Positions 10,936-23,064 of a stretch of 64,000 nucleotides of DNA are shown here, in pieces. Below the pieces are notes generated by a model that saw only the letters and a program-made list of their open reading frames with translations, was not told where the DNA came from and did no database searches. Each line of letters starts with the position of its first letter. Within the stretch, counting starts at the first letter, position 1. Both the position numbers and the translations under genes were made by a program. Source of the stretch: Anaeramoeba ignava BMAN (taxonomy: Eukaryota > Protista > Anaeramoebae); NCBI GenBank assembly GCA_028826165.1, contig JAPDFW010000136.1:874767-938766 (forward strand). The letters are read 5' to 3'.

Positions 10936-12543
10936 ATGTTTCCTTTTGTTCAAGTTAATCAAAATATTGCTTTAAAATTTAATAATGAAAAAACAAAATT
11001 ATTTTTAGTTCAAAAAAAAGCTATTGGAAGATTTGGTAAACTTCGTTTTAATTTAGATTCTTTTATTGGAGAACCATATGGATCAATATGGAAAATTACA
11101 CCAAAAGAATTAATAAAAATTAATTCATTTGAAGAGTATAAAGAAATACAAAAAGAATTAAAAATTTTAGAAACAGATGAAAATTTAAATCAAAAAAAGA
11201 ATGAAAATTTAAATCAAAATCAAAATCAAAATCAAAATCAAAATCAAAATCAAAATTTAAATGAAAATCAAAATCAAAATCAAAATCAAAATCAAAATCA
11301 AAATCAAAATCAAATCCAAAATTTAAATGAAAATCAAAATCAAAATCAAAAAAAAAGACGCAAAAAGAAAAAGAAAAATAAAAACAAAAATCAAAATTTA
11401 AATCAAAATCAAAAAATTCCCAAAAAGAAAAGTCAATATACAAATGAAAAATATTTAATTAGAAAAAACAAAAGAAATATTTACATTGCTACTTTATTAC
11501 AAACAAATGCAAAAACTATCACAGAAGCAAATTTCGAAGTTACTCCCAAAAAAATAGGTAATTTAAGATGGGACACTCTTGCAAGAATCCTTAATTTATC
11601 AGAAATTCATGCAATGAAAAAAGAATATAATGAACCAAATAACGAAAAACAAATCCAAAAAATAATACAAAACCACAAGGATATGAATAAAGAACAAATG
11701 CAAAATTTATCACTAATAATTGAACAACAAAGAAATGCACTCCAAGAATCAGGAAAAAATATCAAAGAAAAAGAGTTTCTTAGTTTATCAGAAGAAAGTG
11801 ATGATTTAATTACTTTTTATAAAAATCAAACAAATTTGAAAAAATTAAAACGTTTCCAAAAAACACTTCTAACACAAGAAATAATTCTTGAGAATCGGAA
11901 ATCAAAACGATTAGTGTTAGTATTTGAAGACTGTGCAGGATTGATTTCTGGATCTATTTTTGAAAGGACAACTTTTTTGGATAATTCAGTCATTTCAAGT
12001 AATTTATATATCATCAACATTTTTCGAGAAAAGATAGGATTTTTACAAGGTGCACTTCAGAGATTTAATTTCACAACAGAATTTCTTAATCATCATCTTC
12101 TGAATTGCAAAGTTTCTTGGTTGGAAAAAATATTGAGAACAAAAATTGATTTGGAAAAATTGAATTTTTTTGATGAAGAAGAAATGTTAAGAAATTTGAA
12201 TGATCATCGATCATCTTTTTCTTTGATTTCCACAATTCTATCTGCAGAGAAAGCTAGTTCTTTGATTGTTGCAACAAATGAAGGATTTGTTGAGGAAATT
12301 TTTTGGGTTATGTTTCCTTTTCTTAAAAGTAACGGTCATTTTGTTGTTTATTCACCTTTTATTCAACCTTTATCTCAAATTCAATATAAATTGATGCAAG
12401 AAAAATTAGCTGTAAATTTACTTTTAAGTGAGACTTGGTTAAGGAAGTATCAAGTTTTAGAAAATCGAACACATCCTGAAGTTGATATGAATACTGCAAG
12501 TGGATTTTTACTTTCAGGAGTGAAAGTTTTAAAAGACAATTAA
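10936..12543 (+). CDS. TRM6: tRNA m1A58 methyltransferase non-catalytic subunit (Trm6/Gcd10)
   Basis: IGEPYG, KKKSQYTNEKYL, LRWDTLARIL and C-terminal ETWLRKYQVLENRTHP...SGFLLSG; carries an NQ-repeat insertion. Confidence 0.9.
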   Translation: MFPFVQVNQNIALKFNNEKTKLFLVQKKAIGRFGKLRFNLDSFIGEPYGSIWKITPKELIKINSFEEYKEIQKELKILETDENLNQKKNENLNQNQNQNQNQNQNQNLNENQNQNQNQNQNQNQNQIQNLNENQNQNQKKRRKKKKKNKNKNQNLNQNQKIPKKKSQYTNEKYLIRKNKRNIYIATLLQTNAKTITEANFEVTPKKIGNLRWDTLARILNLSEIHAMKKEYNEPNNEKQIQKIIQNHKDMNKEQMQNLSLIIEQQRNALQESGKNIKEKEFLSLSEESDDLITFYKNQTNLKKLKRFQKTLLTQEIILENRKSKRLVLVFEDCAGLISGSIFERTTFLDNSVISSNLYIINIFREKIGFLQGALQRFNFTTEFLNHHLLNCKVSWLEKILRTKIDLEKLNFFDEEEMLRNLNDHRSSFSLISTILSAEKASSLIVATNEGFVEEIFWVMFPFLKSNGHFVVYSPFIQPLSQIQYKLMQEKLAVNLLLSETWLRKYQVLENRTHPEVDMNTASGFLLSGVKVLKDN

Positions 12544-12544
12544 A

Positions 12545-13150
12545 TTCAAATTCAAATTCAAATTCAATTTAATATTCAAATTTAAATTCAAATTCAAATT
12601 CAATTTAATATTCAAATTCAATATTCAATTTCAAATTCAAATTCAAATTAATATTCAATTTAATTCAATTCAATATTCAAATTCAAATTCAAATTCAAAT
12701 TCAATTTAATTCAAATTTAAATTCAAATAAATTTAATTCAATATTCAAATTCAAATTCAAATTCAAATTCAAATTTAAATTCAATTTCAATATTCAAATT
12801 CAATATTCAAATTCAATATTCAAATTCAAATTCAAATTCAAATTCAATATTCAAATTTAATATTTAATATTTAATTCAATATTTAATATTTAATTCAAAT
12901 TCAAATTCAATATTCAATTTAATATTTAATTTAATTTAATATTTAATTTAATTCAATTCAATATTCAATTTCAATATTTAATCCAAATTTAATTCAAATT
13001 CAAATTCAAATTCAAATTCAAAATCAAATTTAAATTCAAATTTAATATTCAATATTCAAATTCAATTTAATATTTAAATCAATATTCAATATTCAACTCA
13101 ATTTAATATTTAATTCAAATTCAAATTCAATTTAAATTCATATTTAAATT
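12545..13150. repeat. Intergenic degenerate (AAATTC)n simple repeat
   Basis: Directly visible, starting right after the TRM6 stop codon. Confidence 0.85.
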
Positions 13151-13396
13151 TAAATGAAAAATTCCAATAAGAAAATTGGAAATTCGAAAAAAAAAAAATT
13201 TTTTTCTTCTTTTTTTTTTTTTTCTTTTTCAATTAAATAGAAATAAACAATTTAAAATTAAATTTTAAATTCATTTTAAATGAGTCACAAAAAAAAAAAC
13301 AAAAACCAAAAAAAGGAAAAAAAGATCAAAAAAAAAAAATTTTTTTCATTTTTCTTTTTTCATTTTTTTTATTAATTAAAAAAAAAAAACAAAATA

Positions 13397-16339
13397 ATGA
13401 GTGATAAATTAGATGAAAGCACACCATTATTTGGAAACGATAACAGCAACAACGATAACAATAAAATAGGAATAAATAACGATATTGATGTTAATCCAGA
13501 AAATCAATTTCTTTCATCATCAATTTCTTCAAATGATGAACATTTTGATGAAAATCAAAATGAACAATTTGAACTTGAAGAACATAAAATTTCTAGATTA
13601 ACTTTGGAAGACAGACATAAACAACTTAATATGTTGTTTGGTGTAAAACCTTGGAAATCTCATATCCAAAAAAAAGATATTCAAACCCATTCTGCTGTTT
13701 ATAAATCTCTTCTCGATTCTCCTTCAAATGTTGAAAATAAAGGAATTGAGAAGGAAAGTAAATTATATTCAAAATCAAAATCAAAATCAAAATCAAAATT
13801 AAATATTAAAATTAAAATTAAAATTAAAACAAAAACCAAAAAATAAAAATCAAAAAATTTTTTTTTTCATTTTTAAAATTTAAAAACAAAATAAATTCAA
13901 AATTAAAATTACAAATTCAAATTCATTTAAAAAAATTAAAATTAAAATTAAAATTTAAATCAAAAATTTCAAAATTAAAATCAAAATTAAAAATTAAAAT
14001 TAAAATTAAAATTAAAATTAAAATTAAAATTAAAATTAAAATTTAAATTCAAAATCAAATTCAAAATTAAAATTAAAATTCAAATTCATTTATAAAATTA
14101 AAATTAAAATTAAAATTAAAATTTAAATCAAAATTTAAAATTAAAATTAAAATCAAAATTAAAATTAAAATTAAAATTAAAATTAAAATTAAAATTAAAT
14201 TTAAAATCAAAATTCAAAATTAAAATTAAAATTAAAATCAAAAATTAAAAATTAAAAAAAATTAAAATTAAAATTCAAAATTAAAATTAAAATTTGTTTA
14301 ATTTTCTTTAAGATAAATTGTTTACATTTGGAAATATACTTTGGGTTATTTTATTTGGTTGGTGGTTAAGTTTAGTTTATTTATTTACTGCTTTAATTAT
14401 GTTAATTACAATTGTTGGAAGAAAATATTCAAGAACTTCATTAATTCTTGCTGGTTATATTATTTGGCCATTTGGAAAATATTTAGAAAAAAAACAAACA
14501 ATAAATGAAAAATCAACACAAGAAAAAGCTTCAAGAATAATTTGGCTTTCATTTCCTGGTTTGTGTTGATTCTGAGAAAATTTATTTCAAAATTAAAATT
14601 AAAATTAAAATTAAAATTAAAATTAAAATTAAAAATTAAAATTATATTTTAAAATCAAAATTAAAATCAAAATTAAAATTAAAATTAAAATTAAAATTAA
14701 AATCAAAATTAAAATTAAAATCAAAATTAAAATTAAAATTAAAAATTAAAATCAAAATCAAAATTAAAATTAAAATTAAAATTAAAATTAAAATCAAAAT
14801 CAAAATTTATTTCAAAATCAAAATTAATTAATAATTAAAGCACCATTACTCGCAATATCACATGGTGCATGTATGCTAATAAATTGGTTTATTGTTGTAT
14901 TTATACCAATGGGAAAAGTGAACTATGCATTAATCAAAGTGATATTTCAATACCCAGAACTTGTTCACGTATCAAATGCATTTTCATCAACACCTAATCT
15001 TGAATCTAAACCAATTTTACTGACTGTACGAGCAGTGAACGGGAATTATTACAAATATTCAATAAGCGGAGTAAATATCATGTTGATCAATTTGATTCCC
15101 TTTGTGATAATTTCGATCCTATTTGGATTGCTTATTCCAGAAGACAAACCATTAGGCAATCCGCTATTCATTTTCTTCTGCTGTTTATTATCAACAATAC
15201 CATGTGCCTATTTTATCGGGCTTGCTATTAGCAGTCTCTCTGCACAGAGCACATTTGCTGTGGGTGCAGTGCTTAACGCCTCTTTTGGATCAATTGTCGA
15301 GTTGATTTTATACTTTTTCTCTGTCAGAAAACATCTCATCAGTCTTGTGCGATCTGCAGTCACTGGATCCTTAATGGGAACAATGCTTTTATTACCCGGA
15401 TTATCAATGATTTTTTCCGGTATCAAATACAAAGAGCAAAGTTTCAATACAATCGCCGCAGGTGTTTCTTCTGTTCTTTTATTGATTTCCGTAATTGGCG
15501 GTTTTATTCCAACAGTCTATTATCAAACATACGCAAAATACGAGCTCAAATGCGCCAACTGCAATACTCTTCCTTCGGGTGAATTTGACTGCGAAGGATG
15601 CAACTACAAGGAACATGATTTGGATCACGACACAAACTACACACACGGCGCAAAACCCTTAATGTACGTTTGCGCCGTCATACTCCCTATTGCGTATTTC
15701 GTCGGCCTCATCTACACCCTCAAGACTCATGCCCATATCTACGACCAACAATATTTTGTCAACCGCGAAAACGAACGCAAAAATCGCGCTCTTTCCGGTG
15801 AGAAAACAAAAAAAGGAGAATCGGGACATGATGCCCCAGAATGGTCGCGTCCAAAATGCATCATTATTCTTTTGATTGCGACCGTTATTTTTGCTACTGT
15901 TGCCGAAATTTTGTCAAATAAGATTGAACCTTCTTTAAAAAAACTTGGTCTTTCTGAAGGTTTTGTTGGTCTTACTTTTATTGCTCTTATCCCAAATACT
16001 GCCGAGTTTGTCAACGCAATCCAATTTGCTCTTCAAAAAAATATCCCTCTTAGTATTGAAATTGGATCTTCTGCTGCTGTTCAGATTGCTTTGATTCAAA
16101 TTCCTGTTTTGGTTTTGTTTACTGCTGTTGCTGGTGGTGGTCATGTTAAAACTTCTTATACTTTGATTTTCTCAACTTTGGATGTTTTTAGTGTTATTTT
16201 TGCTGTTATTATTTTGAATTATATCTCTGCTAGAGGAAGAGCTAATTATTTTGAAGGTTTTGCTCTTGTTGCTATTTATGTTTTATTCCTTTCTGCTTTT
16301 TATTTTGTTCCTGAAAGTGCCAATGATTCATCTGATTAA
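13397..16339 (+). CDS. VNX1: VNX1-like (type II CAX) cation/H+ exchanger, ~701 aa; exons 13397-13757, 14313-14558, 14841-16339
   Basis: YccF-like segment GNILWVILFGWW...IWPFGK, alpha repeats GAVLNASFGSIVEL and ALIPNTAEFVNAI, and a CxxC..CxxC loop. The exons sum to 2106 nt and stay in frame. Confidence 0.88.
13758..14312 (+). repeat. 555-bp intron, mainly (AAAATT)n
   Basis: GTAAAT donor and TTTAAG acceptor; frame restored. Confidence 0.8.
14559..14840 (+). repeat. 282-bp intron, mainly (AAAATT/AAAATC)n
   Basis: GTTTGT donor and ATTAAAG acceptor; frame restored (FP-A-PLLAISHG). Confidence 0.8.
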
Positions 16340-16695
16340 CCAAACAAAAACAAAATCCAAAACAAATTAAAACAAACAAAATCAAAACCAAAAATCAAAA
16401 ACCTTTTTTAATTTTCTTTTTTAAATAAGAAAGAATAAAAGTGGAACAAAAATTAAATCAATTTAAATAAAATTAAATAAGAAAGAATTAAATCAAAATT
16501 AATTTAAATAAGAAAGAATAAAAATGGAACAAAAAATTAAATTAAATTTAAATCAATTTAAATAAGAAAGAATTAAATTGGAACAAAAATTAAATTAAAT
16601 CAATTTAAATAAGAAAGAATAAAAATGGAACAAAAAATTAAATTAAATTAAATTAAATTAAATTCAAATTAAAAATAAAAAATAAAAAAAAAATA

Positions 16696-16769
16696 CGATC
16701 CTGATGGGACTTGAACCCACAACCTTTAGATCCGAAGTCTAACGCGCTATCCAATTGCGCTACAAGATC
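16696..16769 (-). tRNA. tRNA-Arg (anticodon TCG), intronless
   Basis: GATCTTGTAGCGCAATTGGATAGCGCGTTAGACTTCGGATCTAAAGGTTGTGGGTTCAAGTCCCATCAGGATCG folds into a cloverleaf, with A/B boxes and a downstream poly-T Pol III terminator. Confidence 0.95.
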
Positions 16770-16809
16770 TTTTTTTTTAATTAAATTTTCTTTTTTTTCT
16801 TATTTTTTT

Positions 16810-18930
16810 TTTAAAAATTATATTATTTATATATTATTTATTTAAAATATTTTATTTTAAATTATTTAATAAAAATATATTAATTTCTAAATAAATAATA
16901 TATTAATAATTAATTATAATTTATTTTAAAATTATTAAATAAATTAATTTATATTATTAAAATTATATTATTTTTATATTAATTATTTTTAATATTTTAT
17001 TTATTTAAAATATTTTATTCCACTTTTTATTTAATAAAAATATATTAATTTCTAAATAAATAATATATTAATAATTAATTATAATTTATTTTAAAATTAT
17101 TAAATAAATTAATTTATATTATTAAAATTATATATTATTTATATTTAATTATTTTATATTTTATTTTATTTAAAATATTTTATTTTTAAATTATTTAATA
17201 AAAATATATTAATTTCTAAATAAATAATCTATTAGTTAATTATAATTTATTCTAAAATTATTAAATAAATTGATTTATATTATTAAAATTATATTATTTA
17301 AATTAATTATTTTTATATTTTATTTATTTAAAATATTTTATTCTAAATTATTTAATAAAAATATATTAATTTCTAAATAAATAATCTATTATTAGTTAAT
17401 TATAATTTATTCCAAAATTATTAAATAAATTAATTTATATTATTAAAATTATATTATTTATATTAATTATTTTTATATTTTATTTATTTAAAATATTTTA
17501 TTATTTAATAAAAATATATTAATTTCTAAATAAATAATATATTAATAATTAATTATAATTTATTTTAAAATTATTAAATAAATTAATTTATTTTATCAAA
17601 ATTATATTATTTATATTAATTATTTTTATATTTTATTTATTTAAAAATATTTTATTCCACTTTTTATTTAATAAAAATATATTAATTTCTAAATAAATAA
17701 TATATTAATAATTAATTATAATTTATTCCAAAATTATTAAATAAATTGATTTATATTATTAAAATTATATTATTTATATTAATTATTTTTATATTTTATT
17801 TATTTAAAATATTTTATTCCCTTTTATTTAATAAAAATATATTAATTTCTAAATAAATAATATATTAATAATTAATTATGATTTATTCCAAAAATTATTA
17901 AATAAATTAATTTATATTATTAAAATTATATTATTTATATTTATTATTTTTATATTTTATTTATTTAAAATATTTTATTCCACTTATTATTTAATAAAAA
18001 TATAATAATTTCTAAATAAATAATCTATTATTAGTTAATTATGATTTATTCCAAAATTATTAAATGAATTAATTTATATTATCAAAATTATATTATTTAT
18101 ATTTAATTATTTTTATATTTTATTTATTTAAAATATTTTATTATTTAATAAAAATATAATAATTTTCTAAATAAATAATATATTAATAATTATTAATAAT
18201 TTATTCCAAAATTATTAAATAAAATAATTTATATTATTAAAATTATATTATTTATATTAATTATTTTTATATTTTATTTATTTAAAATATTTTATTCCAC
18301 TTTTTATTTAATAAAAATATATTAATTTCTAAATAAATAATCTATTATTAGTTAATTATAATTTATTCCAAAATTATTAAATAAATTAATTTATATTATT
18401 AAAATTATATTATTTATAATAATTATTTTTATATTTTATTTATTTAAAATATTTTATTCTAAATTATTTAATAAAAATATATTAATTTCTAAATAAATAA
18501 TCTATTATTAGTTAATTATAATTTATTCCAAAATTATTAGATAAATTGATTTATTCGATTAAAAATTATATTATTTATATTAATTATTTTTATATTTTAA
18601 TTATTTAAAATATTTTATTCCACTTTTTATTTAATAAAAATATATTAATTTATAAATAAATAATATATTAATAATTATTAATAATTTATTCCAAAATTAT
18701 TAAATAAATTAATTTATATTATTAAAATTATATTATTTATATTAATTATTTTTATATTTTATTTATTTAAATTATTTTATTCCACTTTTTATTTAATAAA
18801 AATATATTAATTTATAAATAAATAATATATTAATAATTAATTATTATTTATTTTAAAATTATTAAATAAATTGATTTATTCGATTAAAATTATATTTTTC
18901 CTATTTTTTTTTTTAATTTCTAAATAAATA
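16810..18930. repeat. AT-rich satellite, ~160-bp unit, about 13 copies
   Basis: The anchor TTT(C/A)TAAATAAATAA recurs at about 16884, 17049, 17213, 17370, 17523, 17686, 17846, 18009, 18164, 18326, 18486, 18649 and 18811. Confidence 0.9.
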
Positions 18931-19393
18931 ATCAACTTGATTAGATGAATCTTGATCTTATTGTTTAAACACATCTTTAAATAATTCATTTATCAAATTT
19001 TAAATAATTCATTTTCTAAGCTTTAAATAATTCATTTATCAAATTTTAAAATTTATTTATCAAATTTTAAAATCTTTATTCATTTTTCATTTATTTAATT
19101 CAATTTTTTCATTTTAAACCAAAAAATTAAAACAAAGAAGAAAATCCAAAAATTTTAAGTGTGGGAAAAAGAACCAAATAAAAAGATAAAAAAATAAAAA
19201 GATAAAATTTAAAAGATAAAATTTAAAAGATAAAATTTAAAAGATAAAATTTAAAAGATAAAAAAATAATCAGTGTTAAATTTTTTTTTTTTTTTTGGGG
19301 ATCTCAATCAAAAATTTGAAGATTCATTTCTTTCTTTTGATTTTTTTTGTATTTTTTTTGTTTTTTTTTTTTTTTGATTTTTTTTTGTATAAA

Positions 19394-20880
19394 ATGATCA
19401 ATTCAAAAAATGTTGGCAAAAAAAGGAAAGCCCATTTTAAAATGGCAATAATTGGTGAAGAAAATGTGGGTCGAAAAACCATAATCTTGAGAGTTTGTGA
19501 AACAAAAGAAGTAGATAATAGGTTTGAAGAGTTGGGAAATCAATTTCAATTCAAGCAAATGAAAGGTCCTATTATTGATTTTACTTGGGAAATTTGGAAA
19601 GGACTTCCTGAACATTCAAGTTTGTTTTCAATAAACCAAAAACAAATATAATATTATTAATATTGGATAATTTGGAAAAAAAAATTTTTACACTGATTGA
19701 TTTTAAAGAATTTTTGCTTCATAAAAGAAAATTGATTTAAATTGATCAACTAAAAACTAAAAACTAAAAACTAAAAACTAATAACAATGAATCTTATTTT
19801 TGAATTTTTTTTTTCTCATTAGATAATTTCAGAGGCGCAAATGGAATAATGATTGTTTATGATATCACAAATGAAAAATCTTTGACTAGAGTCAATTCTC
19901 TCTATCATAAATTGAGAGATTGGGAAAATGAAAATGCTGAATTTGTTCTAATTGGAAATAAATGTGATTTGCAAAAGAAAAGAAAAATATCTTCTGAAAG
20001 GGGAAAAGCTCTTGCTGATGAATTGAAAATTCCCTTTTATGAAACATCAGCTAAAAAGGATATCAACCTCAAAGAGGCTTTCGATAATTTAATAATGAAT
20101 TGTTTTGAAAGAAGTTTGCCTGACAAATTCATCAAGAACTTTGAAAACTTTTCATTGAGCGATGATTTGAGGCATTTATTAGAAAGAAAAGAGTTTTGTG
20201 ATTTTGAAATTGAATGTCAAGATGACCGAAATCCATTCAAGAAAATCACAATTCCAGTTCATAAATTAATCATCCAAACCAGATTGAAAATTAATGAAAA
20301 TCAACTCAAAAACCAATTTTATTCCATTTTATATCAAAATCCAAAAAAAAAAGTTGATGTTTTATTGAGATGGATTTATTATGGAAGAGTTTTGAATTCA
20401 AATTTGCTAATTTTTGAGGAATGGAAGAATAGACTTTCAAATATTTCTACAGCCAATTTCAAAAAAGGAAAGAAGTATCTTGTTGAAGATTTAAAAAATC
20501 TAATGACACAAGAAGAAAATAAAGATTTTCAAATCATTTCAAATGATCAAATTATTACTGTTCATAAGATAATCTTGATCGCAAGAAGTGAATTATTTAG
20601 AGGAATGTTTATGTATGTAACTGAAGATGAATCAAACCAAGTTCATGAATACAGTCATAAACAAACAGAAACTATGAAATCCTTGATTCATTTTTTTTAT
20701 ACTGATGAACTTCCTCAAACTAACAATCAAATAATTTATCAAGAACTAAAGGAATTGCTTCTTTTTAATTTCTTTTTGTTTATTTTCAAATTTATCATGA
20801 TAAAAGAAAATAAATTAATTGTTGAATTGTTTCATTTGATTTTTTTGAATAATCATGAACTTGATTTGATGAATCATTAA
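19394..20880 (+). CDS. Rab/Ras-like (degenerate) small GTPase fused to two BTB/POZ domains; exons 19394-19619, 19823-20880; sequence after ~20760 is suspect
   Basis: Splicing 19620-19822 gives FRGANGIMIVYD. G4 GNKCD and G5 YETSAK are intact, followed by BTB motifs CDFEI...VHKLII and KDFQI...VHKIILIARSELFRGMF. Confidence 0.8.
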
Positions 20881-23028
20881 CATTTAATAAAAACATTCCT
20901 TTTTATATAATTCACTTCTTAATATTAATATTAATTTATGAACTTTAATTTCTTTTTCATTCTGAAAAAATTATTGTAAAATCTTTTGTTTCATTTTGTT
21001 TGATATAATTTTGATAAATCTTCCCCCAATATTCCTTTTCTTCCTTTTTAGATTCAATCCAATTTGATCAAATCCAATTCTTTTTGAAAAATTTTTAATT
21101 TATTTTCTTTTTCATTTTCTTTTTTTTTTTGGATTTTCATTTTTTTTTTTTTTGATTTTTCATAGTCAAAAAATCATCTGAATGAATTATGATTCTTAGA
21201 TGATTGATGAATTTGATATTTTGTTTTTAATTTTTGTTTTTTCCAATCTTTTGTTTAATTTTGAAAAAAAATCTTCAAAATCAACAAATCCAGTATAAAT
21301 GAAATTTAAAGCAATTTCAACTTCTTCTTTTGATTTTTGTGAACAAATTTATTGATAAATTTTGATAAAATTGTTTCATTATTATCAAATCTTGTTAATA
21401 AAATTAATTTATGAACTTTGAATTTAAAAGAATCATTTGATTGAATTTCAAAATCTGAAAAATTATCTTCATTTGATTTTAATAAATTGTTTAAATCTTG
21501 ATTAATTGAATAAACTTGATTAATAAATTTCAAAAATTTTTGATAAATTAAAATTTTAATAAAAATCAAAAGGATTTGCATTATTCATTAATAATAAAAA
21601 TTGAGCAACTTTTTCTTTTTGATCATTTCTGATTGCATAATATAAAGGAGTTTTATTTTTATTATTCTTGGTATCAACATCTGCTCCATTTTCAATGAGA
21701 AATTGAATAATTTCAATTGAATCACTTTTATTTTCATTTTGACAAATTAAATGCAAAGCATTTTCATTATTAATTGTGGTGGCATTGGCATTTGAACCTT
21801 TTGAAACAAGAAATTTGATAACTTCAAATGGATATTTTTCATCACAAGCATAATGCAAAACTGTTTCTTGATCTTTGTTTTTGACATTGATATCTGCTCC
21901 TTTTGAAACAAGATATTTAATAGCTTCAAATAAATTCTCATTTTTATTTGGATTAACAAAAAGAAAATGCAATAGAGTTTCTTTATAATTATTTTTGGCA
22001 TTGATATCTGCTCCTTTTGAAACAAGATATTTAATAATTTCAAGTAAATTTTCATTTTGACTTTGACAAATAAAATGAAAAAGTGTTTCTTTATAATTAT
22101 TTTTGGCATTGATATCTGCTCCTTTTGAAACAAGAAATTGGATAATTTCAAATGAATTTTGATTTGGATTTTTACCAATTAAATGTAATGGAGTTTCTTT
22201 ATAATAATTTTCAATATTAATATCTGCTCCTTTTTCAATGAAAAATTGAATAATTTCAAATAATTTTCAAAGAATTTTTATTTTGACTTTGACAAATTAA
22301 GTGTAATGGAGTTTCTTTATAATTATTTTTGGCATTGATATCTGCTCCTTTTTCAATGAAAAATTGAATAATTTCAAATGAATTTTGATTTATATTTTTA
22401 CAAATTAAATGTAAAATTGTTTCTTGATTTTCATTTTTGGCATTGATATCTGCTTTTTTTGAAACAAGAAATTTAATAATTTCAAATGAATTTTCATTTA
22501 TATTTTGCAAAGCAAAAGATGTAATGGAGGTTCTCTTTTTGAAACAAGAAATTAATAATTTCAAATGAATTTTGATTTAATTTTTACAAATTAAATGTAA
22601 ATAAAGTTTTTTTTTTTTGTTTTTTATTTTGCATTTTTGCTTTTTCAATTAAAATTTTTAATTTTTTTTTGAAGAAATTTAATAATGAAAAATGAATTTA
22701 ATGATGTTTTCAATTTTTTTTGGCAAAATTAAATTTAAAATTAAATCAAAAAATTTTAATTTTTGATAATTCTTTAAATTTTTATTTATTAATATAAAAA
22801 TTTCCATTTGAAACAAAGAAATTTAATTTTAAATTTCAATTTTTGAATTTTTCATTTTATTTTTGCAAATTAAAATAAATTGTTTTTAAATTTTTATTAA
22901 ATTTTAAATTTCAAAAAAAATGAAAAATTAATTAATTTTTAATTTTTTTAAATTAAATTAATTTTTTTAAATCAAAAATTTGATTTAATTAAAATCTTTT
23001 AATTTTTCTTTAAATTTTTTCTTCCCAT
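20760..23028 (-). pseudogene. Ankyrin-BTB-BTB copy A, heavily frameshifted (pseudogene or poor consensus)
   Basis: Ankyrin fragments (22256-22564, 21556-21972), BTB1 (21306-21581) and BTB2 remnants down to ~20760. Confidence 0.7.
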
Positions 23029-23064
23029 TTTTATTTTCATTTTCAAATTTAAAATAAAGAAAAA

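Noticed and set aside
16400-16680. Short degenerate repeats after the VNX1 stop (AAATAAGAAAGAAT x5), and a 13-mer AAAGATAAAATTT run near 19198-19262
   Set aside because: Small local slippage duplications with no sign of function or terminal repeats.
16810-18930. CRISPR-like or other repeat-spacer array
   Set aside because: The units are contiguous near-identical copies with no unique spacers, the context is eukaryotic, and there are no cas genes.
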